Shown: one piece after another, positions 19,679 to 29,500 of the stretch
Layout of the letters: each line of letters starts with the position of its first letter
Numbering within the stretch: the stretch's first letter is position 1
From: an uncultured virus (IMG/VR IMGVR_UViG_3300010334_004649)
Taxonomy: Duplodnaviria; Heunggongvirae; Uroviricota; Caudoviricetes
Strand: one strand, 5' to 3'
DNA length: 64,000 bases
IMG/VR virus record: IMGVR_UViG_3300010334_004649
Program-made: the position numbers and the translations under genes
Notes under the pieces: generated by a model
Database searches by the model: none
Seen by the model: the letters and a program-made list of their open reading frames with translations, nothing else
What the model was told of the DNA's origin: nothing

Positions 19679-20532
19679 TATCCGTACCTTTGTTCTATTG
19701 CGGTTTTCCAAGTAGCTATGCGATCCCATTGATGCAGGACCACATGTGGTTGTTTCATGCTGGTCAGACACTGCTGGCCATCCCAGATTGGTTCTGGTTC
19801 CAGCAGATTTGGTCTAAACTCAGTAATTTTTGTTGGATCAACAGTGGTCCCCACCTGTGCGGCCCATCCATCTTCGCTCATGGTCTTTTTGGTAATGCTG
19901 TCCCAGGCTTTGGTATTCAGCAGAAGATTATAAGCTGCCTGGTCAGGATTTGACCTTCCTGCGGCCTTGCACAACAACCAGATGTTTAACCAGAGTTCTC
20001 GTATTGCCTGCTGCCGTCCTGCCTGCACACCGCAGTTCCAAATTGGCTGGTTCTTGATTCTTGGCCAAATCATTGGATAGCTGCCCTGTAAATTGTCTGC
20101 ACCCCATGGTTCGTTTTGGTAGCGCAGGCTTTCACAGCTGGCTACAAGATCACTGTTGTCAACATGGTTCTGGAGCCATTCGCTGGGGTTGCGTTGAAAG
20201 ACCACGTCTTTGACATCTGTTGATATTATCCAGCGATAGGTGTTATCAGGTATTTGATCAAGAAACTGCCAAAGATGAAAAAATCTCTCCACAACAATTA
20301 CCAGGTCATGAGGCCAAAAGCAGTTGCCTGATACCGAGTCTTGGTAAAATGCCATTACTTTAAAATCTCTGCTCAACAACTGCTGCACGGTGTTGCGATC
20401 GCTGTTGTAAACAATCACTGCTTTGTCACCAGTAAAACCAGATCGTTCAATACTGTTGGCCCAATATTTGATCTGATCCCAGTTGTAATTGGTATAGGCT
20501 CCAATTATTAGGTCTTTTGATAATTGATTCAT
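19678..20532 (-). CDS. Putative GT-A glycosyltransferase
   Basis: ERF, ISTDVKDVVFQ.NP, NCGV.AG, DQAAYN, HQWDR. Confidence 0.7.
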   Translation of the reverse strand: MNQLSKDLIIGAYTNYNWDQIKYWANSIERSGFTGDKAVIVYNSDRNTVQQLLSRDFKVMAFYQDSVSGNCFWPHDLVIVVERFFHLWQFLDQIPDNTYRWIISTDVKDVVFQRNPSEWLQNHVDNSDLVASCESLRYQNEPWGADNLQGSYPMIWPRIKNQPIWNCGVQAGRQQAIRELWLNIWLLCKAAGRSNPDQAAYNLLLNTKAWDSITKKTMSEDGWAAQVGTTVDPTKITEFRPNLLEPEPIWDGQQCLTSMKQPHVVLHQWDRIATWKTAIEQRYG

Positions 20533-20561
20533 ATTGAATCAATTATATCAAAGGTGGGGGT

Positions 20562-21311
20562 TTAGTTGCAAGTAATATCTAGCTGCTCTGCTACACTCAG
20601 GTCGCACATCAGTTTAAAAATTTTTTGCGAATTTTTGGCAGTCAATAGGTTCGAAAGCAGCAGTTTGGTCCTGTCATCGTCGCGTATAAGGCCTACTTTA
20701 CTGGCATTTCGTTGTATCAGCAATTGATCGCGCTGTAACCATTTGGGATTTTGGAACAAACTCACTGCTTTGAACCATCTAAGAATTATAATTGGGTCTT
20801 GGTCTATCTTTGTCTGTGGATCTGGACAGAATTTCACAAGGCTTTCCGCTAGATCTGATTCTCCATTTTGGTAATCGTACAGATTACCTTGCAGGTCTAG
20901 ACTCATGCTGTTGATGGTAATATCGCGGCTGGCACTGTCTCGTTCCCAACTGTTGTTGCGGGCGATTTTGATATGATTGTCTGTTACCTTCATCTTGTAG
21001 GTAATGCTGGTAACATCTACCTTGTCGTCGCCAAACACCGCTTTGACCGTGCCGTGACCAATTCCGCCTGCATCGTAGTCAATGCCTTCTAGGTCAAAGA
21101 TAAAGATCAGTTCAGCAGGTTCAGCATCTGTAGCAAAATCCACATCTCTTGGCTTGTTGCCCAGCAGGAAATCTCTGACAGCACCTCCTACTACTCGCAG
21201 ATCAAATCCATATTTGCGTATGGTTTCTATTGTAGTTTTCACATCCGGAGTGAAAACCTGAGAAAAATCAGTTATGTTGATGCGATTTTCTATTTCAAAT
21301 AGGTTTTTCAT
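20562..21311 (-). CDS. Class II tRNA nucleotidyltransferase / poly(A) polymerase family enzyme with a variant template motif
   Basis: VVGGAVRD.LLG..PRDVDFAT and RDITINSM; the EDxxR position reads QDPII; ATGA overlap gives the start MKNLFE. Confidence 0.88.
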   Translation of the reverse strand: MKNLFEIENRINITDFSQVFTPDVKTTIETIRKYGFDLRVVGGAVRDFLLGNKPRDVDFATDAEPAELIFIFDLEGIDYDAGGIGHGTVKAVFGDDKVDVTSITYKMKVTDNHIKIARNNSWERDSASRDITINSMSLDLQGNLYDYQNGESDLAESLVKFCPDPQTKIDQDPIIILRWFKAVSLFQNPKWLQRDQLLIQRNASKVGLIRDDDRTKLLLSNLLTAKNSQKIFKLMCDLSVAEQLDITCN

Positions 21312-23215
21312 AGTGCTATGGTCCAATATCCAGGAAAGTATTCTGCTGCTACAACTGGTGCCCAAAATCCATATTTCCATTGATACAATCTATTCGAATT
21401 GAGATTCAAGATGAGTTGGGTAGCGCTGTCGATTGTACTGTTGAAATCAACTACCCAGGCATTGCTATCATAGGTAATGATGTCATTCGACGTGCCACGT
21501 GCATAGAAATTTATCGGCGCATAATTGTCATTGGTTATGGTAATATTGCTGTTGAGCGGATCTACTTGGTTAATTACTGTAATTGTTGTGCTGTTGACTG
21601 ACAAAACAGTGCTACCATCTGGTATTCCAACATTGGCACTGACAATCAACTGTCCAGCAGAGATTGATATATTTGGTGATGACAGCTGTATTTCTGTGGT
21701 ACCAGCCGTCCATTTTCCTGCTGCTACGGCCACTGGGTTTGACTGAGATATACTGATATTGCCCCAAGACTGGCTAGCAATTGGAAGGTTTTCGGTCAGT
21801 AGATATCTTTGTCCGGGTGTTGCATCAGGCAGATTGATGCCGGGTCCGCTGACAGTTGGATCAATTATTGCATTGATCGGAGGCAAGGTTGACGAAGGAA
21901 AACTTTCTGGTTCGGCTATCCAGTAGAGTATGTTTTGGTCAGTTGGATCTATTTCAATCCAACCAACTAGATCACTATTGGTCTGAGCAAGATCATCTAC
22001 TGTTTTCAGCCTTATTTGGCTGGCATTGGTTCCGTATTGACTGTAGGGTTTTGGCGTACCATAAAATTGCAACAGTCTCCACCAAGCCAGATTGCCACCT
22101 TGATATGTAGCCGACTCAAGACCCAGTGCTGCTAATGACCCTGATACAACATCTGCAAATATATTGTCACCACCTGCTGTATTGATAAATTGCATAGTGG
22201 TATTGTTATACAGCACACAATTCAACTTTGTGTCAGTGAGATAACTGCGTATTTCAGCGATGGCGCTGACAACATTTGTAGTAGAGATAGTGATCTGTAT
22301 GGTATTCCAAATGAATACCATACCAACAAACAACCTTGGATAATTTGTAGCAAATGTAACAGTTGGTAGTTTTTCCTGGTCAATTGGTGAACCATTGCTA
22401 GCACAGAGGCTTAAAGCATATGTTGTGCTGTTGACATTGCTGACCCTTATAATGGCCTGTCCTGGTGTAACAACAGTCCTTGCTAGAAATTCGTAATCGT
22501 TCCATTCCATTGCACCGGGGCTGATACTGCCTTGTACTATATTTGTAATGACTTCCTGTATCAATACTTGTTTTTTGACTTTGGCTGGGGGATTGATCCA
22601 GATTGGAAATTTAAATTGTATGGTAGCTATATCAATGGGGTTTTCAGTGCCTATGGGGATTGTACGAGAACTCCATGTGATGTTTTCCATCATTTCTATA
22701 TAAGTCAACACGGTCCAATCTATTGGATTATTGCTGGTTTGTATGTTGATGCTGGGATTGTACAACACCATGATCTGTTCCAGCAATTGTTCTTTTATAT
22801 CTTCATTATTGGTCCATATATCAACCTGCATGGTAACATCGTATGGTACAGGCATGTATCTGTCAACACGGTAGCGATTGCCTATTTCATTAGTGTATTT
22901 CTGTTGTTGTTGATCGTAATATCGTTCGTCGACCTGTACTGATTGTGAAAAAAATGGATCCTGCCGTCTAGATGATGACATTACTAGGCTGTTGATATAA
23001 CAGGTAATGAATGGCACACTGAGAGTTTTGTTTTCGCTGTTGCCCCTGACTATTGTGGCCGCTACGCGAGATGGATCCCCGTATCTGCAGGGCACTTTGA
23101 TCAACTCTTCCGTGTTGTTGGGTCCACCTCGGCCAGTTTTAACAGAAAAACCACTGAAAGCACGTATGAACTGCAGGCGATATTGCCTTAACTGTGCAGA
23201 GTACCAATATTGCAT
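21308..23215 (-). CDS. 15: Tail terminator / sheath stabiliser (gp15-like) with a long C-terminal extension
   Basis: Y.Y..Q.RQY..QF, VP..YG, MPVPY......DIWT.N..QLLEQI..L.NP, WINPP.KV. Confidence 0.8.
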   Translation of the reverse strand: MQYWYSAQLRQYRLQFIRAFSGFSVKTGRGGPNNTEELIKVPCRYGDPSRVAATIVRGNSENKTLSVPFITCYINSLVMSSSRRQDPFFSQSVQVDERYYDQQQQKYTNEIGNRYRVDRYMPVPYDVTMQVDIWTNNEDIKEQLLEQIMVLYNPSINIQTSNNPIDWTVLTYIEMMENITWSSRTIPIGTENPIDIATIQFKFPIWINPPAKVKKQVLIQEVITNIVQGSISPGAMEWNDYEFLARTVVTPGQAIIRVSNVNSTTYALSLCASNGSPIDQEKLPTVTFATNYPRLFVGMVFIWNTIQITISTTNVVSAIAEIRSYLTDTKLNCVLYNNTTMQFINTAGGDNIFADVVSGSLAALGLESATYQGGNLAWWRLLQFYGTPKPYSQYGTNASQIRLKTVDDLAQTNSDLVGWIEIDPTDQNILYWIAEPESFPSSTLPPINAIIDPTVSGPGINLPDATPGQRYLLTENLPIASQSWGNISISQSNPVAVAAGKWTAGTTEIQLSSPNISISAGQLIVSANVGIPDGSTVLSVNSTTITVINQVDPLNSNITITNDNYAPINFYARGTSNDIITYDSNAWVVDFNSTIDSATQLILNLNSNRLYQWKYGFWAPVVAAEYFPGYWTIAL

Positions 23216-23236
23216 AAATCCTGCCTTGTTTGACAG

Positions 23237-23242
23237 TATTTA
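23237..23242 (-). promoter_or_regulatory. Late promoter core TAAATA for the gp15 and nucleotidyltransferase genes
   Basis: GATAAATAC on the minus strand upstream of ATG 23215. Confidence 0.6.
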
Positions 23243-23266
23243 TCATATATCTTCATGGTCTTGCAG

Positions 23267-23899
23267 TCACTGAGCACCAAGTACCTGCAGTGCTCGATTG
23301 TAGCGCGCTAGCCGTTGTTCTAACCCATTGGTTCCACCGTTGATCCGTTTGGTAATAGTCAGCAGGTCCCTGTTGTCGGCCAGCCCATTTAGTTCATGCG
23401 CATTCCAATACCAACAGGCACTGCGTATGGCACCATCCTGTTCTAGCAATAGTTCTGGAGAGTCAAGCAGACGACTGTCACCATAAAGAGCCATTGAGCA
23501 CGCATGATAATTTTCCTTGCCGGTAATCTGTATCAGTCCTCGACCATGGTATTTCCAACCTTCCTGTGTGGCTTCTGGTCCATTGCCCATACGACCTCCA
23601 TAGACCCTGCTGGCAATTTTCACTGGTTGGCGTGCATAGGCCAGCGCCATTGTATCACTGGGGAAATATCTTGGAAATGTTGCCTGCAGGCCGTGCGCAC
23701 TGTAGTTGAGATTTTCATCTATCTCAACTAGGTCACCACTTTCGTGTCCCATTTGTGCCAGCCATGCTGCTAATCTCAACATGCTGGTGATATCATAGTC
23801 TGGCAACACATCGCAGATGGGTTGATACCAGTCTGCGATATTGTGATTTGGCATGCATACAGACAGTTGATCCAATGTAAAATCAAAATCAAAACTCAT
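23267..23899 (-). CDS. GH19 (chitinase-class) endolysin or peptidoglycan hydrolase
   Basis: AQMGHESG, ENLNYS, YHGRGLIQITGKENY, TKRINGG.NGL..R. Confidence 0.92.
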   Translation of the reverse strand: MSFDFDFTLDQLSVCMPNHNIADWYQPICDVLPDYDITSMLRLAAWLAQMGHESGDLVEIDENLNYSAHGLQATFPRYFPSDTMALAYARQPVKIASRVYGGRMGNGPEATQEGWKYHGRGLIQITGKENYHACSMALYGDSRLLDSPELLLEQDGAIRSACWYWNAHELNGLADNRDLLTITKRINGGTNGLEQRLARYNRALQVLGAQ

Positions 23900-23912
23900 G
23901 TGGTTTCCTTTC

Positions 23913-25058
23913 TCAAATAATATCTGGGTCTAGTTTTGGTTTAACAACAGTTCTAATATTCTGCTGTTCTGGCAACACAGTGCCATTGGCCAGCGTAGTG
24001 ATGTTTTTGTTGTTGATAAAACTAACAAGACCTTGATTGGCTGGCAACCATTGATTGCGGAAGTCAGTCTGAACAAATTTCCAAATGCCATTGTTGTAGT
24101 TAAACAACTGTGGCGGGACCCAATCAGTTCTGAGAAAATAATCACCATTGAGCGGCTGTGAAGGCCACGATGAGCCCATAGCTACTGGTTTACTGCCATT
24201 TGGCGGAATGCCATCACCCGTCCATATGTCGTTGTCGCCTATGATTGGGCTGCCAACTTGATTGGGATCTTGGCCGGGGAGAATGTACCAAGACTGTGTT
24301 TGAAAATAATAAAATGGAACCTGCTGTTGAGCAGCAGCAGCAACCGCATCACTGATCTTGTTTTCAGCACCACGAGTGCTGAGTGCATCTTGCAATATCG
24401 CAAAGCCGCCGTTGCCGTCCAAGGCTGGTACTGGATCCCCGCTGGCATCAAGCAGAGGTGATTGCATGATATCTCTGAATTCTGTACTGTCTGTCATTGG
24501 ATTGCATTTGACTCTCCATAGATGCGGCCACCATGTTGGACTATAGCCTTCGGCAGGACGTGTTCCGTCCTCGACTACATAATATTTGTTGATAGCAGCA
24601 TCACTGCCTAGAACTGAGTCGTCTCGTTGATTCAATATTTCAATAACATCACCGCTGATTAATTTTCGTCCCAGCATGTCTAACATCTTGTTGAGATGAA
24701 ACGTTATAAAGATGGTGTCATTGCTGAGGAATAAACCAAACTGTCGAAGATCAAATTCAAGATCCTGCAGTTGGTAATGACCTTTGAGGCTGTAGACATT
24801 TGGGTCATATTTTCTGTCTCGGTTTTCCATGTTCAGCACGTCTTGGATCACAGTGCTTGGATCAGGTAGACCAGATGTTGATACATCAACTGGTATACTG
24901 TCATCATTGTTGGGTGGCGTCTGAGGGTATACTCCAACAGATTTATGTATGTAGAATTCTACACCCCCAATGTCATACATCTGTGCTATCATACGATCAA
25001 AAAATTTGAAATCGTTGGTTTTTACCGCTTGCCCCTTCCAGAGGCTCAATGGGGGCAT
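23913..25058 (-). CDS. 14: Neck protein (gp14-like)
   Basis: ENRDRKYD, FDLRQFGLFL.ND, GRKLISGDVIE, PTWWPHLWRVKC; divergent from gp13. Confidence 0.75.
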   Translation of the reverse strand: MPPLSLWKGQAVKTNDFKFFDRMIAQMYDIGGVEFYIHKSVGVYPQTPPNNDDSIPVDVSTSGLPDPSTVIQDVLNMENRDRKYDPNVYSLKGHYQLQDLEFDLRQFGLFLSNDTIFITFHLNKMLDMLGRKLISGDVIEILNQRDDSVLGSDAAINKYYVVEDGTRPAEGYSPTWWPHLWRVKCNPMTDSTEFRDIMQSPLLDASGDPVPALDGNGGFAILQDALSTRGAENKISDAVAAAAQQQVPFYYFQTQSWYILPGQDPNQVGSPIIGDNDIWTGDGIPPNGSKPVAMGSSWPSQPLNGDYFLRTDWVPPQLFNYNNGIWKFVQTDFRNQWLPANQGLVSFINNKNITTLANGTVLPEQQNIRTVVKPKLDPDII

Positions 25059-25085
25059 GACAAGTCCTTTGTTTTTAACTAGAGT

Positions 25086-25108
25086 TATTTATCGAAGCCT
25101 GATAAATA
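25086..25108. promoter_or_regulatory. Back-to-back divergent late promoters
   Basis: TATTTATC-7 nt-GATAAATA between the divergent neck genes. Confidence 0.7.
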
Positions 25109-25129
25109 CATCATCAAAAGGGACCACAC

Positions 25130-25882
25130 ATGGCAACTCCGTTAAGACAGCAGATAATAGATGAAATACGATTGATGATGGGCGGCCAGATGGTCGATAT
25201 CGAACTTGATCCAGAACACTATGAAACTGCTATGACTTTGTCATTTGACCGTTATAGGCAAAGAGCCGGCAACAGTTCTCAAGAATCATACTATTTTCTC
25301 CATATACTCTACGAAACCAACCAATATACACTACCAGATGAGATAATCCAAGTACGTGGCATCTTTCGCAGAGGTCTCGGCGAAACTCAAGGAGGGACCT
25401 ACCTTGATCCATTTTCTCTGGCCTATACAAACCTGTACCTGCTGCAGGCAGGTGCTGGCGGCGGTTACACAGCCGGTCTGCTGACCTATGAGTTGTTCAA
25501 CGAATATCTCAAACAAGCCGGGCGCATGTTTGGACAGTTCATCAACTATACATTCAATCCTGTAACCAAAGTATTACAATTGGTTCGTAAGCCCACTGGG
25601 GGCGAAACAGTTGTGCTATGGTGCCAACGTATCCGTGTTGACGATGAACTACTACAAGATCCTTTTGTACGACCCTGGGTAAGATCGTATGCTCTGTCTT
25701 GGTGCAAAACTATGCTGGGCGAAGCGTATAGCAAATTCAACACCATAGTTGGACCTGGCGGCGGAACAACATTAAAAGGTGATGCTCTCAAGACTGAAGC
25801 AATTGCTGAACGCGAACTTTTGGAAAAAGAACTTGATCTTTATATCGACAACAGTGATCCACCGTTGATAGTCATTGGATAA
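25130..25882 (+). CDS. 13: Neck protein (gp13-like)
   Basis: GG.MVDIELD, W.RSY....K.MLGEAYSKF....GPGGG..L.G. Confidence 0.85.
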   Translation: MATPLRQQIIDEIRLMMGGQMVDIELDPEHYETAMTLSFDRYRQRAGNSSQESYYFLHILYETNQYTLPDEIIQVRGIFRRGLGETQGGTYLDPFSLAYTNLYLLQAGAGGGYTAGLLTYELFNEYLKQAGRMFGQFINYTFNPVTKVLQLVRKPTGGETVVLWCQRIRVDDELLQDPFVRPWVRSYALSWCKTMLGEAYSKFNTIVGPGGGTTLKGDALKTEAIAERELLEKELDLYIDNSDPPLIVIG

Positions 25883-26485
25883 TCACAAAAGACTTTGTAT
25901 ATTTTGCTTGAGTTCATCTAAAGTACCATTATTATTCACTACATGTAATGGTCCGCAGTTTAGCCAAAGATATTCGCTTGGATGAATTTGTGGCCATAAC
26001 TGGGGCATGAGTTCTGGTGTTGATCGGGCACAATCAAACCAAATTGGCAACGGATCGCGTTTAACCCACCATAACTCGCCGCCCATGTGTCTTATTAGAT
26101 CTATCTCATTGCGAAATCGCACATCGGTAATGACACATGATCCGGAATCATTCATGATCTTGCGTTCAAGACTGGCAACCCAGATGTTACTGAAAAAATG
26201 GTTGCGCATTACATCTGTGCCAATACACTGCATGGCCCAACGAGGGGTCACAGGCCGGCCCAACGCAGTGGACCACCACTGGTCCGATTGCTCTCGCCAA
26301 GCACGGCTTTCTGCCGTAGCCCCTTCTAGAAGATCTCTGGGCCATCCAAAAATAGATGCAAGAACATCTTTAAGGCTGCTGCCAAAACTATACGCAGTAA
26401 ATCCATGCGAATCTACCAAATACTCACCTATAGTGCCTTTGCCACTGCCTATAAATCCAACGATACCTATTATCTTTTGGTGCAT
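25883..26485 (-). CDS. 1: Deoxynucleoside monophosphate kinase (T4 gp1-like)
   Basis: GFIGSGKGT P-loop, TPRWAMQ.IGTD, VITDVRF.NE, HPSE. Confidence 0.92.
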   Translation of the reverse strand: MHQKIIGIVGFIGSGKGTIGEYLVDSHGFTAYSFGSSLKDVLASIFGWPRDLLEGATAESRAWREQSDQWWSTALGRPVTPRWAMQCIGTDVMRNHFFSNIWVASLERKIMNDSGSCVITDVRFRNEIDLIRHMGGELWWVKRDPLPIWFDCARSTPELMPQLWPQIHPSEYLWLNCGPLHVVNNNGTLDELKQNIQSLL

Positions 26486-26561
26486 GCCATAGCATATTGT
26501 AAAAAATTTGACCAATCAATCAACCTATGGAGAAATCTTATGGTTTTTTATATGGCATTGA

Positions 26562-26567
26562 TAAATA
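26562..26567 (+). promoter_or_regulatory. Late promoter core TAAATA for the tail sheath gene
   Basis: GATAAATAG upstream of a GAGGT RBS. Confidence 0.65.
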
Positions 26568-26598
26568 GACTACAACAAAATCCAATGCGAGGTATATC

Positions 26599-29500
26599 AT
26601 GTCAGGTTCGTTAACTTCTCCGGGCGTAAAGGTAAGTATAATAGATCAAAGTGCCTACGGTGTGTCAGGAACTGGCACAGTGCCTTTGATCGTAATAGCC
26701 ACTGCATCTAATAAAATAGCTCCGGGTAGCACAACGATCGCACCAGGTACATTGCCACAAAATGCTGGCAATCTTTATCTAATCACCAGTCAACGAGATG
26801 CTCTGCAGACTTTTGGTAATCCAACCTTTTACAGCGCTGCTGGCACTGTACAGTATAACAATGAACTCAACGAACTGGGCCTTTTCACACTATATACATA
26901 CCTTGGTGTTGCCACAAGCGCTTATGTCATACGTGCAGATGTTGATCTTGATCAATTAATTCCCAGCACTGTTGCTCCATCTGGACCAACCACCAACGGC
27001 ACTTATTGGTTGGACACTACTAAAACAACCTGGGGCATATTCCAAAGCAATGGCAATATAAATCCGGCATATTCATGGCAGAACAAAGTTCCAGCTGTAA
27101 TCAGCAACAGCAGCCAACTGTGTGCTATTGTGCAGGGATACAGCACTCATAACGGTCCAATAGCCAGTGGCTCAGCATCTTGCATAACAGCATCTGGCAG
27201 TTTGGTAATTAATGGTGTCACAGTTGCACTGACAGCAGGTAGCAGTTTGGCACAGGTAGCCAGTGCTATCAACAGCAACACTACCCTGCAGATTGCAGGA
27301 ATTTCTGCTACAATATTCATACGCAACGGCAAGTTTTACCCAACTGGTGAGACCATAAGCGGCTACACCACCGGAGATGTCTATAACCTGCGCATGGTCA
27401 ACAAAGTCTACACCAAAACTTTTGCACTGTCGGGGTCAACTCCATCAATCCTTCAAGATCTTGGATTGTCTGCAGATCCAATGACAATCGTGCAACCAGT
27501 CAGCAGTTTTGGAACATCTAACCAATATGCTGTAAACACACTAGAGGATGGTACCGGCTTTTATGATAATACAGTATTCCAAAAAATCACACTTACTTCC
27601 AGTAGTGCAACTACCGATTGGTGGTTTGCTGTAGGGTCAAGTGAAGCAGAATATCCTGGGTACTCTTGGATGGACGCAGTTCCAACTGTGATAACTGGTA
27701 CTATTCCAAATCCAACATTTACTGCAGCCACTGCATGTACTATCAAAATTGGTAACGGGTCACCCCTGACAGTAACAGTGCCTGCTGCACCAAACAACAC
27801 ACTAGTTGGTTTTGTTGCTGCTATTAATACCCAACTCAACAGCGGTGAAGGTACTAATGCAGTTGCCAGTATCACAACACAGGGTGGTTTGAACTATCTC
27901 ACCCTGACTAACTATGATGCCAGTGATATATTCCTGCAGGATCTTACCGATCAGTATGGCAATGGAACACCATGGGGAAATGCTGGTATCTCAGCAGCCA
28001 ACACCTATTGGGCCAGCGTAACTGGTACAGTGGCCTCTCCAACCTATGTGGCTGCTACCTTGAAAACCCAGTCAGCATCGGTAGTAGCCCCTGGTGTAAA
28101 CTATCTAAATGGTGACACGGTCACAACACTAGGCGGAACTGCTGCTACTGATACCATATTGACTGTGGCTAGCCTGCAGGCTGTAAGTGCAGCCCCAAAT
28201 GCCCCTGGCACGTCCTATGCGGTCAACGATACATTGACATTTGGTACCAGCAACGGCAGTTATACATCAACAGTGATACTGCAGGTAACAGCCATTGATG
28301 GTAATGGAGGTATTACCGGAGTGTCCATATTGCAAAATGGACAATTTACAGGTGTTACTCCGCCAACATCAGGGGCAACACCCAGTGCCACTAGTGGCAA
28401 CGGGTCCAGCGCTACAATTGATCTGTCATGGGGCGTTAATACTGTCACTGTGAGCACACCTGGTAATTACACAGTGTATCCAACCAATCCGGTTACCACT
28501 ACTTCGGGCGGTTCAGGCACCGGGGCAACCTTTAATTTGGTGCCAACATGGTTGACCAGCAACAGTTTCAGCATCACCCTGCCAGGTCTGTCACCCACAA
28601 TAGTACATGTGCCTGCCAGTCCAAATAATACCCTAAATGGATTGGTATCAGAAATCAACACTGTGGCCTTCCCCAATGGTCCAATCGTAGCATCGGCTGT
28701 TAACAACCAATTGGTGATAACCAACACCAATGGAACAGCATTTACTCTACAAGATTTGAGCGGAACTCCGTTGAACAGTTCAGGAATAGCCACGGGAGCT
28801 ACATTTGCTAGAGGTATAATCTACCAGGGTTATCAACCAACTCTCACTGTACCATCTAAATTGCCTCAGTTGGCTGCCAACAATGTATGGATCAACACCA
28901 CAGTTGGCGGCATGGGTGCAAACATCGTGCTAAAACGCTATGAAAGTGGACAATGGATTGTACAGAATACTGTACCAAATACAGGTTCTATTCCATTCTA
29001 TGCCAATGATGATGCTGCAAACACTGCCTTTGGTGCCCTCAAAGCCACCGGTAGCATTTATGCACAATATAATTATTATGATGATATGCCAGCAACGGCA
29101 AATTTTGTGCTGCAGGTTTGGACTGGATCTTCCTGGGAAGCACTTGGATATACTCCAAGTCTACTAGCGCCAAAGGGACCACCCTTGGATGGCACTCTTT
29201 GGTACAACACCTCTCTGCAAGTTGACATAATGGTCAACAATGGACAGGAATGGTTGGGATATAGAAACTTGTATCCAGGAACTGATCCAAATGGTCCCAT
29301 ACTCAGCTCAGCAACCCCTGTAACACAGAGCACCGGTGCACCATTGGTTGACTACGATATCTGGGTTGATACTGAGATTGTTCCGTATCCATCTATCTCT
29401 CGCTATAATGCCAGCACTGCATCTTGGATCCAGATCGACAATCAAGATCATGTGGACAGCGCTGGTATAATCTTTGCTGATGCTCGCAGCACAGCAGATG

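Noticed and set aside
26007..26492. 161-aa plus-strand ORF and the many other short overlapping ORFs in the track
   Set aside because: They are antisense or out-of-frame shadows of well-supported genes and lack motifs or RBS
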